This document shows, piece after piece, positions 54,828-64,000 of a stretch of 64,000 nucleotides of DNA. The position numbers were made by a program, and so were the translations under genes. Where the stretch lies: the IMG/VR virus record IMGVR_UViG_3300037851_000102, positions 46,389 to 110,388 of that record. One strand, written 5' to 3'. This DNA comes from a virus. Position 1 is the stretch's first letter, and every line of letters starts with the position of its first letter. A model generated the notes under the pieces. It saw only the letters and a program-made list of their open reading frames with translations. It was not told the origin of the DNA and did no database searches.

Positions 54828-57800
54828 ATGAGTTTGTTTGTACCAAGGACGTTCCCAGAGATTGTTGGAGAGATGCAAGAGCGATTGATCTCTGTGACTC
54901 CGATCACCGATTTAAACTTTGGTGCCGTCGCGTTCACAATGCTCGAAGCTGCGGCTCAAGAAGATGATGAACAATACTTCCAGATGCTCGAAATTATCCG
55001 TGGATATTCTCTTGATACCACGACAGGAAGCGATCTTGATAACCGAGCGTTTGAATATGGTCTTGAAAGATTGCAGGCTCAGGTCGCATCAACGAATGTG
55101 ACTCTTGGAGATTCTGCGGTAACAAAAGTTTCAACTGGAGTTTACTCTGGTCTTCCTGGAGCGTCGGCTGGTTCAACAAGTGTGAACGGCGATAGCTCAA
55201 CAGGATTCCCTGTGAGTGGATCGATCATTGTTGGTCGTGGCACTCCGAATGCTGAAACAATCACATACGTTTCGATCACAGATAACGGCAATTATGTGAC
55301 GTTTAATCTTGGTGGAGCGTTGGCGTTCGATCATGGAACCGATGAGACGATTATTCTTTCTCAAGCAGGCAACAGAGTTGTTCCTGCGGGCACAGTCGTA
55401 AAAGTTCCAGCGAGCGATGTAAATCCTGAAATCACTTTTACACTGGATGCGATTGCAACGATTCTCGATGGAGAATCTGAACTCACAGGTGTCGCGGTCA
55501 CTGCGGCTGAAGCGGGTTCAAAAGCCAACGTGCCAGTTGGATCGATCATTCAGTATGATTCTCCGCCATTCTCAACGGCGACAGTGACGAATCCTTCGCG
55601 TGTGACAAACGGTCGAGATATCGAAAGCGATCAAGAGCTTCGCGATAGAATCAAAGATCGAATTCAATCTCTTTCGCGTGGAACTGGCGTTTCAATTATT
55701 ACAAACGTGATTGGTGTTATTTCTGACACTGAAAACAAGCGTGTCGTTTCAGCTTCTCTCGTTGAGCCGACAATCCCTGCGGATGTTGTGAGACTTTTCA
55801 TCGATGATGGAACTGGTTTCGTGGCGACCTTCGCGGGCGTGGGTTATGAAGAAGTTGTTCCATCTGCAACAGGTGGAGAGGTATTTTTAAATATCAACAA
55901 CTTCCCTATCACAAAAGCATTTGTCGAGACTCAGAACCAAGAGCCGTACAATTTGGTTGGCGGAGAAACCTTGATCGTCGATGTAGGCGGGAAGATTGAA
56001 ACCATCACCTTTGAGTCAACGGATTTTGCCATAGCGGGACAAGCGACTGCGCAAGAGGTTTTGAAACGAATCAATGGTGCTGCCCAAGGTTTTGAGTCTC
56101 GCGTTTCTTCTGGCGGTGTGAAGATTCGTATCTTTGCACGACAAAACTTTGATGAAGCAATCAGAGTGACAGGTGGAACAGCGAACACGGCTTTGAACTT
56201 TGTTACTGATAAGAAATTTACAACTAAGGTTTATCTTGAAAGAGATCTTGGAATTTCTCTTTTGAACAAGGATGGATCAACGGCAACGATGGAATCTGGC
56301 AATGCTCAGGTTTACGATTTCTCTGCCTTGGATCGAGTCCTTTCTTTCGTGGTGGATGGTAAAAAGAACGTGCAGCTTGCTTGGTTCAGGCCAGCCGATT
56401 TCTTGAATCCACCAAGCGCGACGGCTCTTGAGGTCGTTCAGCTTATCAACGAACAGATTTCTGGTCTTATCGCGTCAAGAAGCTCGAACAATACCCGCGT
56501 TTCTTTGACCTCGAACACGATCAGATCTTCTACGTCGAAGTTACAGATCGTTGAGAATTTCACGCGAGTCTTAAAATTCAATGGAGCATTCACTAATATC
56601 ACCGCTCAGGCGATTGCTACAGCGGCAGATGCTCAGATTTTTGATGCCAATGGCGACATCCTTTACCTTGGACATTCAACTGTTCAGTTTAGAACGGCCT
56701 TCTTTTCGCCTCAAATTCCTGCCAGTGCGCCAATGGGTTACGATGCTGAATACTGGAACGGATCCTCTTGGACGGCTTTGCCAGTGTTTGATGGAACCCT
56801 TGGATTCACGGTCGCAGGACATTTTGAATTCCAAGCTCCGCACGATTGGGAGATCAACACGGTTGATTCTTTCGATGCGTACTGGATTCGATTTGTGCGA
56901 AACGATGCGGGTCTTGTGACTCCGCCAACTGAGGATCGCATTAGGATTTCTTCAGCCAATGAACTTTTGGCATTCCCTGAGATTGCGGCTGAGGGTTCAA
57001 ACCGTGATTACACGCTGAACAGATTCCTTGGACAAATTGAGCTTATTGAGCCTTTAAATCCAGGGGACTTCGTAACGATTGGCTCGTTCAATACGCGAGC
57101 CTTTGTGGTTACAGCGGCGCAGACGTTCAATCTTGTTGGCGGTGAAACGCTGAACATTTCAGTCGATGGCGTTCCGCAAGTGGTGACATTCCAGATTGCA
57201 GACTTTGGAACTCCGAGTGCTGCGGTCGCATCTGAGGTGCTTTCAAGAATCAACAAAGATCTCAAGGGCGCAACAGCGACTCTTGTTGAGTTGAATACGA
57301 AAGTAAAGATCGCATCGAACAAGTGGAACGGTGGAACGATCCAAGTCACAGGTGGAACCGCAGTGGCGACTCTTGGCCTTGATACAGATCTTCATGAGAG
57401 CTTTTCTCCTCACGTTCCAGCCGTTGAGTCTGGCAACGCTGAACCTTATGTTTTCAATGCTGACGATCAGGTGATTGTGATTGTTGATGGCAATTTGGCT
57501 AACAACTTCACAGTGCCTCTTTACACTCAGAGAACTACGGGCGCAGGCTCGTCTGCTTCTCAGATTGTCGATGCAACATTGAACACGGTCTTCCCGCTTA
57601 ACGCTGATTTGACTGATTACGATGTTGAAATGATTTCGGGCCCTGAAGCTGGCAACAGAAGAAACATTCTTTCGTACAACGCTGGCACAGGCACGATCAT
57701 CTTTGATTCGGCCTTTGGAAGCTCTGTTGGAACGGGTCAGGCTTATCAAATCATTCCAACAAATGCAGATCAGGTCGTTCGCTTCTGGAATAACACGAAG

Positions 57801-58352
57801 ATCACGCTTCTTTCTACTCGCGCAGAAGTGAAAACTTCTTCGGGTGGAGTGAAGGTTCAAATTGCCTCATTGAGTTCAGGAGACGCTTCTTCGATTCAAG
57901 TTTCAGGTGGAACGGGCAACACTGTTCTCAACTTCTCAACAGCAACAAGGCTTGGTGTGGATGGATACCGCCATTACACGGGTCTTGCGCAGATTGCACA
58001 GTGGACGATTGATGGAAGACAGGACGATCAAGAAACATATCCAGGCTATCGCGCAGCGGGAGTTCAGATTGAAGTTCTTGAGCCTGTGAGAATTCCGATC
58101 CGAGTTGAGCTTGACGTTACAACTCGCGAAGGCATCACGCTTTCTTCGATCTCAAACGATATCAAATCCGCAGTTTCGACCTACATCAATACTTTGCCTG
58201 TGGGTGAAGACGTGATCGTGAGTTCGATTACTTGTGCAGTGAAGGAAGTTGATGGCGTGTTTGATGTGACTGTGGCCGCACCGACAGCGAACATTGCGAT
58301 TGCAGACAACGAGCTTGCAAGGATTAGCGACTCAGAGATCATCGTCGGCTAA
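54828..58352 (+). CDS. baseplate J-like wedge protein with repeated inserted domains
   Basis: LDTTTGSDLD, AAEAGSKANV, GRDIESDQELRDRI, GYRAAGVQIEV, YINTLPVGEDV. Confidence 0.85.
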   Translation: MSLFVPRTFPEIVGEMQERLISVTPITDLNFGAVAFTMLEAAAQEDDEQYFQMLEIIRGYSLDTTTGSDLDNRAFEYGLERLQAQVASTNVTLGDSAVTKVSTGVYSGLPGASAGSTSVNGDSSTGFPVSGSIIVGRGTPNAETITYVSITDNGNYVTFNLGGALAFDHGTDETIILSQAGNRVVPAGTVVKVPASDVNPEITFTLDAIATILDGESELTGVAVTAAEAGSKANVPVGSIIQYDSPPFSTATVTNPSRVTNGRDIESDQELRDRIKDRIQSLSRGTGVSIITNVIGVISDTENKRVVSASLVEPTIPADVVRLFIDDGTGFVATFAGVGYEEVVPSATGGEVFLNINNFPITKAFVETQNQEPYNLVGGETLIVDVGGKIETITFESTDFAIAGQATAQEVLKRINGAAQGFESRVSSGGVKIRIFARQNFDEAIRVTGGTANTALNFVTDKKFTTKVYLERDLGISLLNKDGSTATMESGNAQVYDFSALDRVLSFVVDGKKNVQLAWFRPADFLNPPSATALEVVQLINEQISGLIASRSSNNTRVSLTSNTIRSSTSKLQIVENFTRVLKFNGAFTNITAQAIATAADAQIFDANGDILYLGHSTVQFRTAFFSPQIPASAPMGYDAEYWNGSSWTALPVFDGTLGFTVAGHFEFQAPHDWEINTVDSFDAYWIRFVRNDAGLVTPPTEDRIRISSANELLAFPEIAAEGSNRDYTLNRFLGQIELIEPLNPGDFVTIGSFNTRAFVVTAAQTFNLVGGETLNISVDGVPQVVTFQIADFGTPSAAVASEVLSRINKDLKGATATLVELNTKVKIASNKWNGGTIQVTGGTAVATLGLDTDLHESFSPHVPAVESGNAEPYVFNADDQVIVIVDGNLANNFTVPLYTQRTTGAGSSASQIVDATLNTVFPLNADLTDYDVEMISGPEAGNRRNILSYNAGTGTIIFDSAFGSSVGTGQAYQIIPTNADQVVRFWNNTKITLLSTRAEVKTSSGGVKVQIASLSSGDASSIQVSGGTGNTVLNFSTATRLGVDGYRHYTGLAQIAQWTIDGRQDDQETYPGYRAAGVQIEVLEPVRIPIRVELDVTTREGITLSSISNDIKSAVSTYINTLPVGEDVIVSSITCAVKEVDGVFDVTVAAPTANIAIADNELARISDSEIIVG
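56525..56542. repeat. copy of quasi-palindrome (ATCTTCTACGTCGAAGTT)
   Basis: 17/18 identical to the 45252 copy. Confidence 0.5.
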
Positions 58353-58364
58353 GGAAGGGGAGAC

Positions 58365-59486
58365 ATGAGCAAATTAAATAGTATGTCGCGTTTCGTTCCA
58401 GGCCTTTATAGGCCGACGACGAACGTCCATGTCAAAGGTCTCCTTTACGCATGGTCAGGTGAAGACGATCAGATTGTTCAGGCGATTCAAGATGCCAAAG
58501 AGCAGATTTATGTGAAGCTCGCAAAGCTCCAGTATCTCGACTCTCTTGGCTCGAATGTCGGCGTGTTCAGACCTTCTTCAATTGGCCTTGCAGATGAGCA
58601 ATATCGCGAACTGATTCCAGCGCTTTCTTTTTATCCAAAGCAGGTCGTTCCAACGATCAAAAAGGTTCTCGAGGTATTCTTTGGAGCAGGCAATCCAAGG
58701 GTCGCTGTTTTTGAGGTTAATCCAAATGAAATAGTGATCCAAATTCCAAGCTCTGTTCCAGCCTTGCGAAGAACCCTGAAGGGCTCAAATCACTTCCATT
58801 CTTATGCTGGAACCATAACCGCCATCGATAACATCGTAAAAACCCTTACGGTCAACTTCCATTCATCCACTCAGAATTTGATTGTGGATGAGCTTGCGGG
58901 TGCGACCTTTGGTGTTGGGGCGATCACAAGGCCGATACTCTCGAATCAGGCTGGTTATTCAGGAGTTGTGATTCAATTCGCCGCAAGCTCGAATCTTTTG
59001 GACTACACAGTTGGAGACAGCTTCAACATTGCGGATGTGACCAACTACCCTGGATCGTTTGTTCCAGACATTCGCAAGACCTACACGGTCACAAAGCAAA
59101 GAGGCATTCTTGGTCAAAGTATTACGGCAGGCAACATCTATCCAACTTTGACCATGCAAGATGCTTCGGGAATTCCAGATGGAAGCGGTCGATTGATCTT
59201 CTCGTATGGCCGTGGAGCCGAAGAGGTGGATATCAAGTATTTTGGCCGTCCAAATAACACGACGCTTCTACTTGATCCAAGTTACACGTTTTTGAAAAAT
59301 CATTCGATAGGGGAAGTCGTGAACGTGATCGTAAAGCCATATCAAGAGCCAGCACAGGACGGAACTGATCTGAGTGTGTTCTTGGTCGGGGTTGAGGCGG
59401 CTCGAATTTTGGCTCAACAAATCGTTGAGAGTGTGGTCGCAGCGGGAGTCGTAGTCAGATGGATTGTTTTAGATCCAGAGTGTTAA
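58365..59486 (+). CDS. baseplate wedge subunit (gpI-like)
   Basis: YLDSLGSNVGVFRP...DEQYRELI; VAAGVVV end. Confidence 0.7.
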   Translation: MSKLNSMSRFVPGLYRPTTNVHVKGLLYAWSGEDDQIVQAIQDAKEQIYVKLAKLQYLDSLGSNVGVFRPSSIGLADEQYRELIPALSFYPKQVVPTIKKVLEVFFGAGNPRVAVFEVNPNEIVIQIPSSVPALRRTLKGSNHFHSYAGTITAIDNIVKTLTVNFHSSTQNLIVDELAGATFGVGAITRPILSNQAGYSGVVIQFAASSNLLDYTVGDSFNIADVTNYPGSFVPDIRKTYTVTKQRGILGQSITAGNIYPTLTMQDASGIPDGSGRLIFSYGRGAEEVDIKYFGRPNNTTLLLDPSYTFLKNHSIGEVVNVIVKPYQEPAQDGTDLSVFLVGVEAARILAQQIVESVVAAGVVVRWIVLDPEC

Positions 59487-59499
59487 TGAGAGGTGCAGC

Positions 59500-62400
59500 T
59501 TGCAAAAAAAGCAAAGATTTGTAGCAGATCAACGATATGATCTCCCTCAGCATGAGCGAATGCTCAACTTCATTGATGCTGAGTTTTACACATACAATAA
59601 AAACTTCATTTATCCTTTGAACAGAATTGTTAAGGGCTGGACGCTGATAAACAACGGCGGTCTTCAGGTTAAGGTCAACAAGACCATTGATTCTTTGTTG
59701 ATAAATCCTGAGAGAGCAGATCACGAAACGGTTGTCCTTAGAAAGACGACTGACGATGATTTACTTTTGGATCTTGACGACAATGCGACAAATTACGTTG
59801 AAGTTCAAATCGTTACTGGAACGGGTGCGCCTGATACAGTGGCAATTTGGGATCCGACTGCAAACGCTGGTCAGGGTGAAGAGTTCACGCAAACGGTGGA
59901 CACTTGCGTTCAAGAGACTCCTGTACTGGTCTCAAACACAGTTTCTTTCTCTGGCGATCCAGATAAGCTGCCACTCGCAATCGTCACAACTTCTGGCGGC
60001 AACATTTCTACTATTACAGATGCTCGCGAGCTTATGTTCCATGTGGACTCTTATTGGAACTTTGGTTCTCCGCGATCAGATAAGGGCATTGGCAATCTGA
60101 TTGAGGCTTATCAGGCTTTGGCGACTGCGATCAAAGAGATCAAGGGAACGCCTGAGTGGACAGATGCTCCGTGGCCTTCTGTCGCTGTTCTTAAAGAATT
60201 TCAAAATATGTTCATCACTGGCGGTGGGAATATCGAATGGGAAGGCACTCAGGGAGCAAACACTCTCGGATGGTCTTCTTCGATGCTCATCGAAATCGCA
60301 GATCGCGCAAATTCATACACGATCAATGCTGGAAGCGTAATTTTAGCTGAAGGCGAAGCGATGTATGTGGTGATTCCAGCGGATGTCCCATCTCCTGCGC
60401 TCACGCCGATTGTTGCAGCGATTGAAGATGTGCCTATCGATCCAACGAGCGTTGGCTTTGATCCTGGAATTCAAATTATCTTCTTCCGTCGAAACAATAA
60501 GATCAACGGTCTTCTTGATATGCCAGAGCTTGATTCTGGCGAAGTGGCCGTTGTTGGTGTTGATCTTCCTTCTGCAATTAGAACGAAACTTGGAATCACT
60601 TCTGAAACTGCGACAGAGGCTTATTCAGCCGCTCTGATCGATCAGGGCTTTGGAATCTTGGCTGGCTCTTCTTATCCAACTGCGATCAATCGCATTGGTG
60701 AAAGAACTGGAACGCTTCTCAAGGCTGATTACATCGATCTTGAAGCGACAGTGCTGCCTTCAGGAGTTTCGGCCACGATTGATGGAGCTTCGCTTGTAAA
60801 CGGCAATCGAGTTCTTTTTGCGAACGCGGCTTTGAATGGAATTTATGAAATCGCAGGCGTAGGCGTTGCGATCACATGGGACAAGAAAGACGTTTTCTCT
60901 GGTTCAGATGTCCCAACAAACGGCGATACCGTTTCGATCAAATCTGGAACTTCATACTTTAAAACTGTTTGGCGCTATCGTGATTCAACAATTGGTTGGA
61001 GACCGATGGAGTCTGCGGACATTTCAAGCGAGCCGACAGGATTCCCGAATCGTGATGATTCTGAAATCTCTTTCGATGATGGAACGCGAACATTCACGAT
61101 CCAGCCTTTGGCTCCAGCAACACATTTTGATTACATGACTCAGGGAAGGATTCACAGAAAGTCGTCTGCACAGACGGTTGTGATTCCAAATACCGAAGGC
61201 ATTCACTTTATTTATTTTGATGGCGCGACACTTATCACGTCACAAGTATGGTCTTATGAGATCATCAAAGAATACGCTTTTGTTGCATCGGTTTATTGGG
61301 ATGCCACAAATAGCGTTGGCGTGTTGATTGGTGATGAGCGACACGGATTAACTCTTGATGGAGCGACTCACAAGTATCTTCACAACACTGTTGGATGCCG
61401 ATGGGTGAGCGGTCTTTCGCTTGGCAATTTCACCACAGGTGGAACAGGTGCCGCGAACGCAGATGCTCAAATGAGCGTTTCAAACGGCTTGATGTACGAT
61501 GAAGATATTGAGCTTCTGCCAGTACACAACGCAGCTCCATCAAGTCCTTTTGAACAGATTCTTGATCCAATCGCAGAGATTCCAGTTTTATATCGAGATG
61601 GTGCTGCGGGTGATTGGAGAAAGGCGGGAGCTTCTCAATATCCAGTTTCAACTGGAGTGAATCGAATCCAGTACAACAATCCAGCGGGGCCGTGGACACA
61701 GCCTGAAGCGACAAGCGATGGTAATTTCGTTGCCATGTGGATCTTTGGAACGAATAGCATCACTGAACCGATCATTGCGATCATGGGTCAACGAGAAGAT
61801 ACGACTCTTGCAAATGCGCAAGCGAACAACTCGTATGAGTCTTTGAGCTTTGGAGTTTTACCTTCAAATGAGATGAAGGTTCTTTACAGATTGATTTTTG
61901 AAACTTCGAGCGCGTTTACGAATGCACCGAAGGCATCGTTAAGAGATGTCAGAGATTTAAGACAAGCGATTGATACTTCGATTGCTGCGTTCTCTGCGAG
62001 CGATCACGGATTGCTCACTGGATTGAATGATCCAGATCATCCTGCTTTTGCAATCTTCACAGGAAGTGCGGCAGCGACTCCGCCGACTTATAATGGGGCT
62101 CTTTCGCCTTCTGATACTCGCGTATCAGATGCTCTTGAGACTTTGAACAAGCTCTTGGGACAGATGCGAATCAAGCCTCATCCGAGTGATCCGAATCGCG
62201 TGGTCGTGCGCGGAGCAGAGAGAACTCTAAACTCTGGCACGAAGCTCATTCAAGAGATTAAAAATCTTGTGATGAAGTTTGATGGAGCGGAGATTGAGTT
62301 TACAACTGGATTGGTATTCAAGGACGATGGCGTAACTCCATTGGGTCAAAACTTTGCTCCAGTTGTTGTGCCTGCGGGCAATTATCAATGGTATTCTGTC

Positions 62401-64000
62401 CAAGCAACGCCTGGAACTTCAAATCTTGATAATAGCTTGAACGTGCAATTATTGATTCTTGCAGGATCATCAAATAACGCTGTTCTTGCGAATGCTCCCT
62501 ATGCCGCATTTGCATCAAACGCCACAAAGATTGGTCAGGTTTACGTTCAATCAACTGGCGGCGGAATTCAGGCGATCACAGCCGCAAATATCAGGCAGCT
62601 TGGTGTTGGATCTGGAAGTGGCTCTGGCAGCGTTGGCCCTGGACAGCTTTTCATTGAGGAGCTTCGCAGAAGGCTTGAGGATGATGGGTTCACGCTTAAC
62701 TGGCTGACTCCAAACGTCCCAGAGGTTCACGAAAACGACCGCGTTGATGTTTCTTCTACTGGATTTTACGACATCGCCAACGGCGAGTATGACCTAAACA
62801 ACACTGAATTTTTACTCACCACTCAGCACTACGGCTCACAGTTCTTATTGAGCGAGCAGGAGAACTTGCAAGCCGAACTTCATGCCCTATGGAGCGATGG
62901 AGCGATAGACGATGCAGCCACTTACGAGCTGTCTAAGGACGGTGGTGCAAACTTTGAAACTGTCACGATGGAGAGAGTTGGCGAGTCCAACAAATTTCGT
63001 GGCGTTCATGTGTTCGCAGAGCCTCCAGGGACAACGCAGTATGAGTATGATGTCATAAACGCCAACGCGATTGCAGAGCTAAACGACAACAACAGCCAAT
63101 CATACGCCGTGAAACTTTCTAGTCTTGCGGCTGGAGTTAAGAAAAAAATTCTTTCTGGCAATGTGTATATCAACAAGGTTGGATCGCCGACTGGCGATCT
63201 GTCTGTAAAGATTGTAAAGGATGATGCCAATGCCCCAGGCGATACAGTTGTAGGACAAAATTCGGACACCATCTCGATCTCATCTTTGAGTGCTGGTAAC
63301 AACATTGTTGCGATTGATATTCCAGCAATCTTAGTTGAGGGCGACTATTGGCTGGTTATTGAAACTACACAAGCCTACAAAGATAATTTCAATACAGGCG
63401 TTGATGCTGTTTCGGTTCGTGTCGATTCAACTAGCGGAACATATCCAGAGGGTGATTCTGTCAAGTTTAATGGAACAGCTTGGTTTACCGATGCTGGCAA
63501 TCAGGCAGTGTTCGATCTTGATGGTTACACTTACGATCTGCGAGTCAAAATTACAGCGTCGCAAACTGCAAGCCTGCTTGGACTTGGCGTGTTTTATGGC
63601 GAGCAAAATCCGCTGGTGTACGACGAACATCAAGCGATCCAGAGATTTGATTTAGACGGCGATGATGACGAAACAGAACTGACGGTCACGAAGTTTGTTC
63701 CTGACCCGCTGACCTGTAAGGTTTATCTCGTCAATACAGGTCAGGTTATTCGTTGGCCAGCGTTTGCGGTCGATGGACGAAAACTTGTGTTTGCCGCAGG
63801 TCAATTTTTGATTCCAGGCGAAACAGTTTATGTGTTGGTCGATCAGTCAGAGGCTCAGGTCTTTGACAACTCGGACATGAACGCAAACTTATTAGCGAGC
63901 AACCATCTTGGTTCAACGGATGCGACGATTGATCGGTCACAGCCAGGACGAGGCATCATTGTACAAAGGCCAGATGGGACAAAGAGAGAGATCACGCTCG
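59500..64000 (+). CDS. large tail fibre/receptor-binding protein, 3'-truncated (>1500 aa)
   Basis: absent from ORF track because no stop is reached; GAGAGG RBS plus TTG 59500; MQKKQRFVADQRYDLP...; fibre motifs TIDGASLVNGNRVL, EPTGFPNR, DHGLLTGLNDPDH. Confidence 0.8.
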   Translation, partial: MQKKQRFVADQRYDLPQHERMLNFIDAEFYTYNKNFIYPLNRIVKGWTLINNGGLQVKVNKTIDSLLINPERADHETVVLRKTTDDDLLLDLDDNATNYVEVQIVTGTGAPDTVAIWDPTANAGQGEEFTQTVDTCVQETPVLVSNTVSFSGDPDKLPLAIVTTSGGNISTITDARELMFHVDSYWNFGSPRSDKGIGNLIEAYQALATAIKEIKGTPEWTDAPWPSVAVLKEFQNMFITGGGNIEWEGTQGANTLGWSSSMLIEIADRANSYTINAGSVILAEGEAMYVVIPADVPSPALTPIVAAIEDVPIDPTSVGFDPGIQIIFFRRNNKINGLLDMPELDSGEVAVVGVDLPSAIRTKLGITSETATEAYSAALIDQGFGILAGSSYPTAINRIGERTGTLLKADYIDLEATVLPSGVSATIDGASLVNGNRVLFANAALNGIYEIAGVGVAITWDKKDVFSGSDVPTNGDTVSIKSGTSYFKTVWRYRDSTIGWRPMESADISSEPTGFPNRDDSEISFDDGTRTFTIQPLAPATHFDYMTQGRIHRKSSAQTVVIPNTEGIHFIYFDGATLITSQVWSYEIIKEYAFVASVYWDATNSVGVLIGDERHGLTLDGATHKYLHNTVGCRWVSGLSLGNFTTGGTGAANADAQMSVSNGLMYDEDIELLPVHNAAPSSPFEQILDPIAEIPVLYRDGAAGDWRKAGASQYPVSTGVNRIQYNNPAGPWTQPEATSDGNFVAMWIFGTNSITEPIIAIMGQREDTTLANAQANNSYESLSFGVLPSNEMKVLYRLIFETSSAFTNAPKASLRDVRDLRQAIDTSIAAFSASDHGLLTGLNDPDHPAFAIFTGSAAATPPTYNGALSPSDTRVSDALETLNKLLGQMRIKPHPSDPNRVVVRGAERTLNSGTKLIQEIKNLVMKFDGAEIEFTTGLVFKDDGVTPLGQNFAPVVVPAGNYQWYSVQATPGTSNLDNSLNVQLLILAGSSNNAVLANAPYAAFASNATKIGQVYVQSTGGGIQAITAANIRQLGVGSGSGSGSVGPGQLFIEELRRRLEDDGFTLNWLTPNVPEVHENDRVDVSSTGFYDIANGEYDLNNTEFLLTTQHYGSQFLLSEQENLQAELHALWSDGAIDDAATYELSKDGGANFETVTMERVGESNKFRGVHVFAEPPGTTQYEYDVINANAIAELNDNNSQSYAVKLSSLAAGVKKKILSGNVYINKVGSPTGDLSVKIVKDDANAPGDTVVGQNSDTISISSLSAGNNIVAIDIPAILVEGDYWLVIETTQAYKDNFNTGVDAVSVRVDSTSGTYPEGDSVKFNGTAWFTDAGNQAVFDLDGYTYDLRVKITASQTASLLGLGVFYGEQNPLVYDEHQAIQRFDLDGDDDETELTVTKFVPDPLTCKVYLVNTGQVIRWPAFAVDGRKLVFAAGQFLIPGETVYVLVDQSEAQVFDNSDMNANLLASNHLGSTDATIDRSQPGRGIIVQRPDGTKREITL

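Noticed and set aside
1-64000. CRISPR array, tRNA/rRNA genes, integrase, stop-codon recoding
   Set aside because: No regularly spaced repeats or cloverleaf seen in the few intergenic gaps, no recombinase motif, and TAA, TAG and TGA all terminate intact conserved genes.

Overview
The whole window is part of a large myovirus-type (contractile-tail) phage genome. Almost every gene is on the + strand, densely packed and often ATGA-coupled, using the standard genetic code. Layout: (1) 1-11.9 kb, accessory region with a RecU-like resolvase, trigger-factor/FKBP-like protein, ParB-like protein, candidate small terminase and about 30 small ORFs; (2) 11.9-16.4 kb, fibre/decoration-like structural genes and a permuted NlpC/P60 protein; (3) 16.4-21.5 kb, large terminase, DNA amino-methyltransferase, cold-shock protein and a FliA-like sigma factor; (4) 21.4-36.9 kb, head module with portal, MuF, several large probably head-packaged proteins, prohead protease, scaffold and a Twort/SPO1-like major capsid protein; (5) 37-64 kb, neck, sheath, tube, chaperones, tape measure, baseplate and a >1500-aa tail-fibre-like ORF running off the end. 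Most notable observations: (a) 13 otherwise unrelated small proteins end in the same C-terminal octapeptide F-x-x-[AG]-L-x-x-[LF]-stop, written with varied synonymous codons, and several carry fragments resembling baseplate or sheath motifs, suggesting a tagged adaptor/decoy library; (b) a complete HNH endonuclease gene with its own putative promoter sits antisense inside the methyltransferase as a ~552-nt insertion that keeps the methyltransferase frame open, with no canonical intein ends; (c) a 1040-aa Nudix/DUF5661-like/GNAT-like protein has predicted prohead-protease K|[AGS] sites at its domain boundaries; (d) a dispersed 18-bp quasi-palindrome occurs at least 5 times. All family assignments come from motif recognition by eye; no database search was run.
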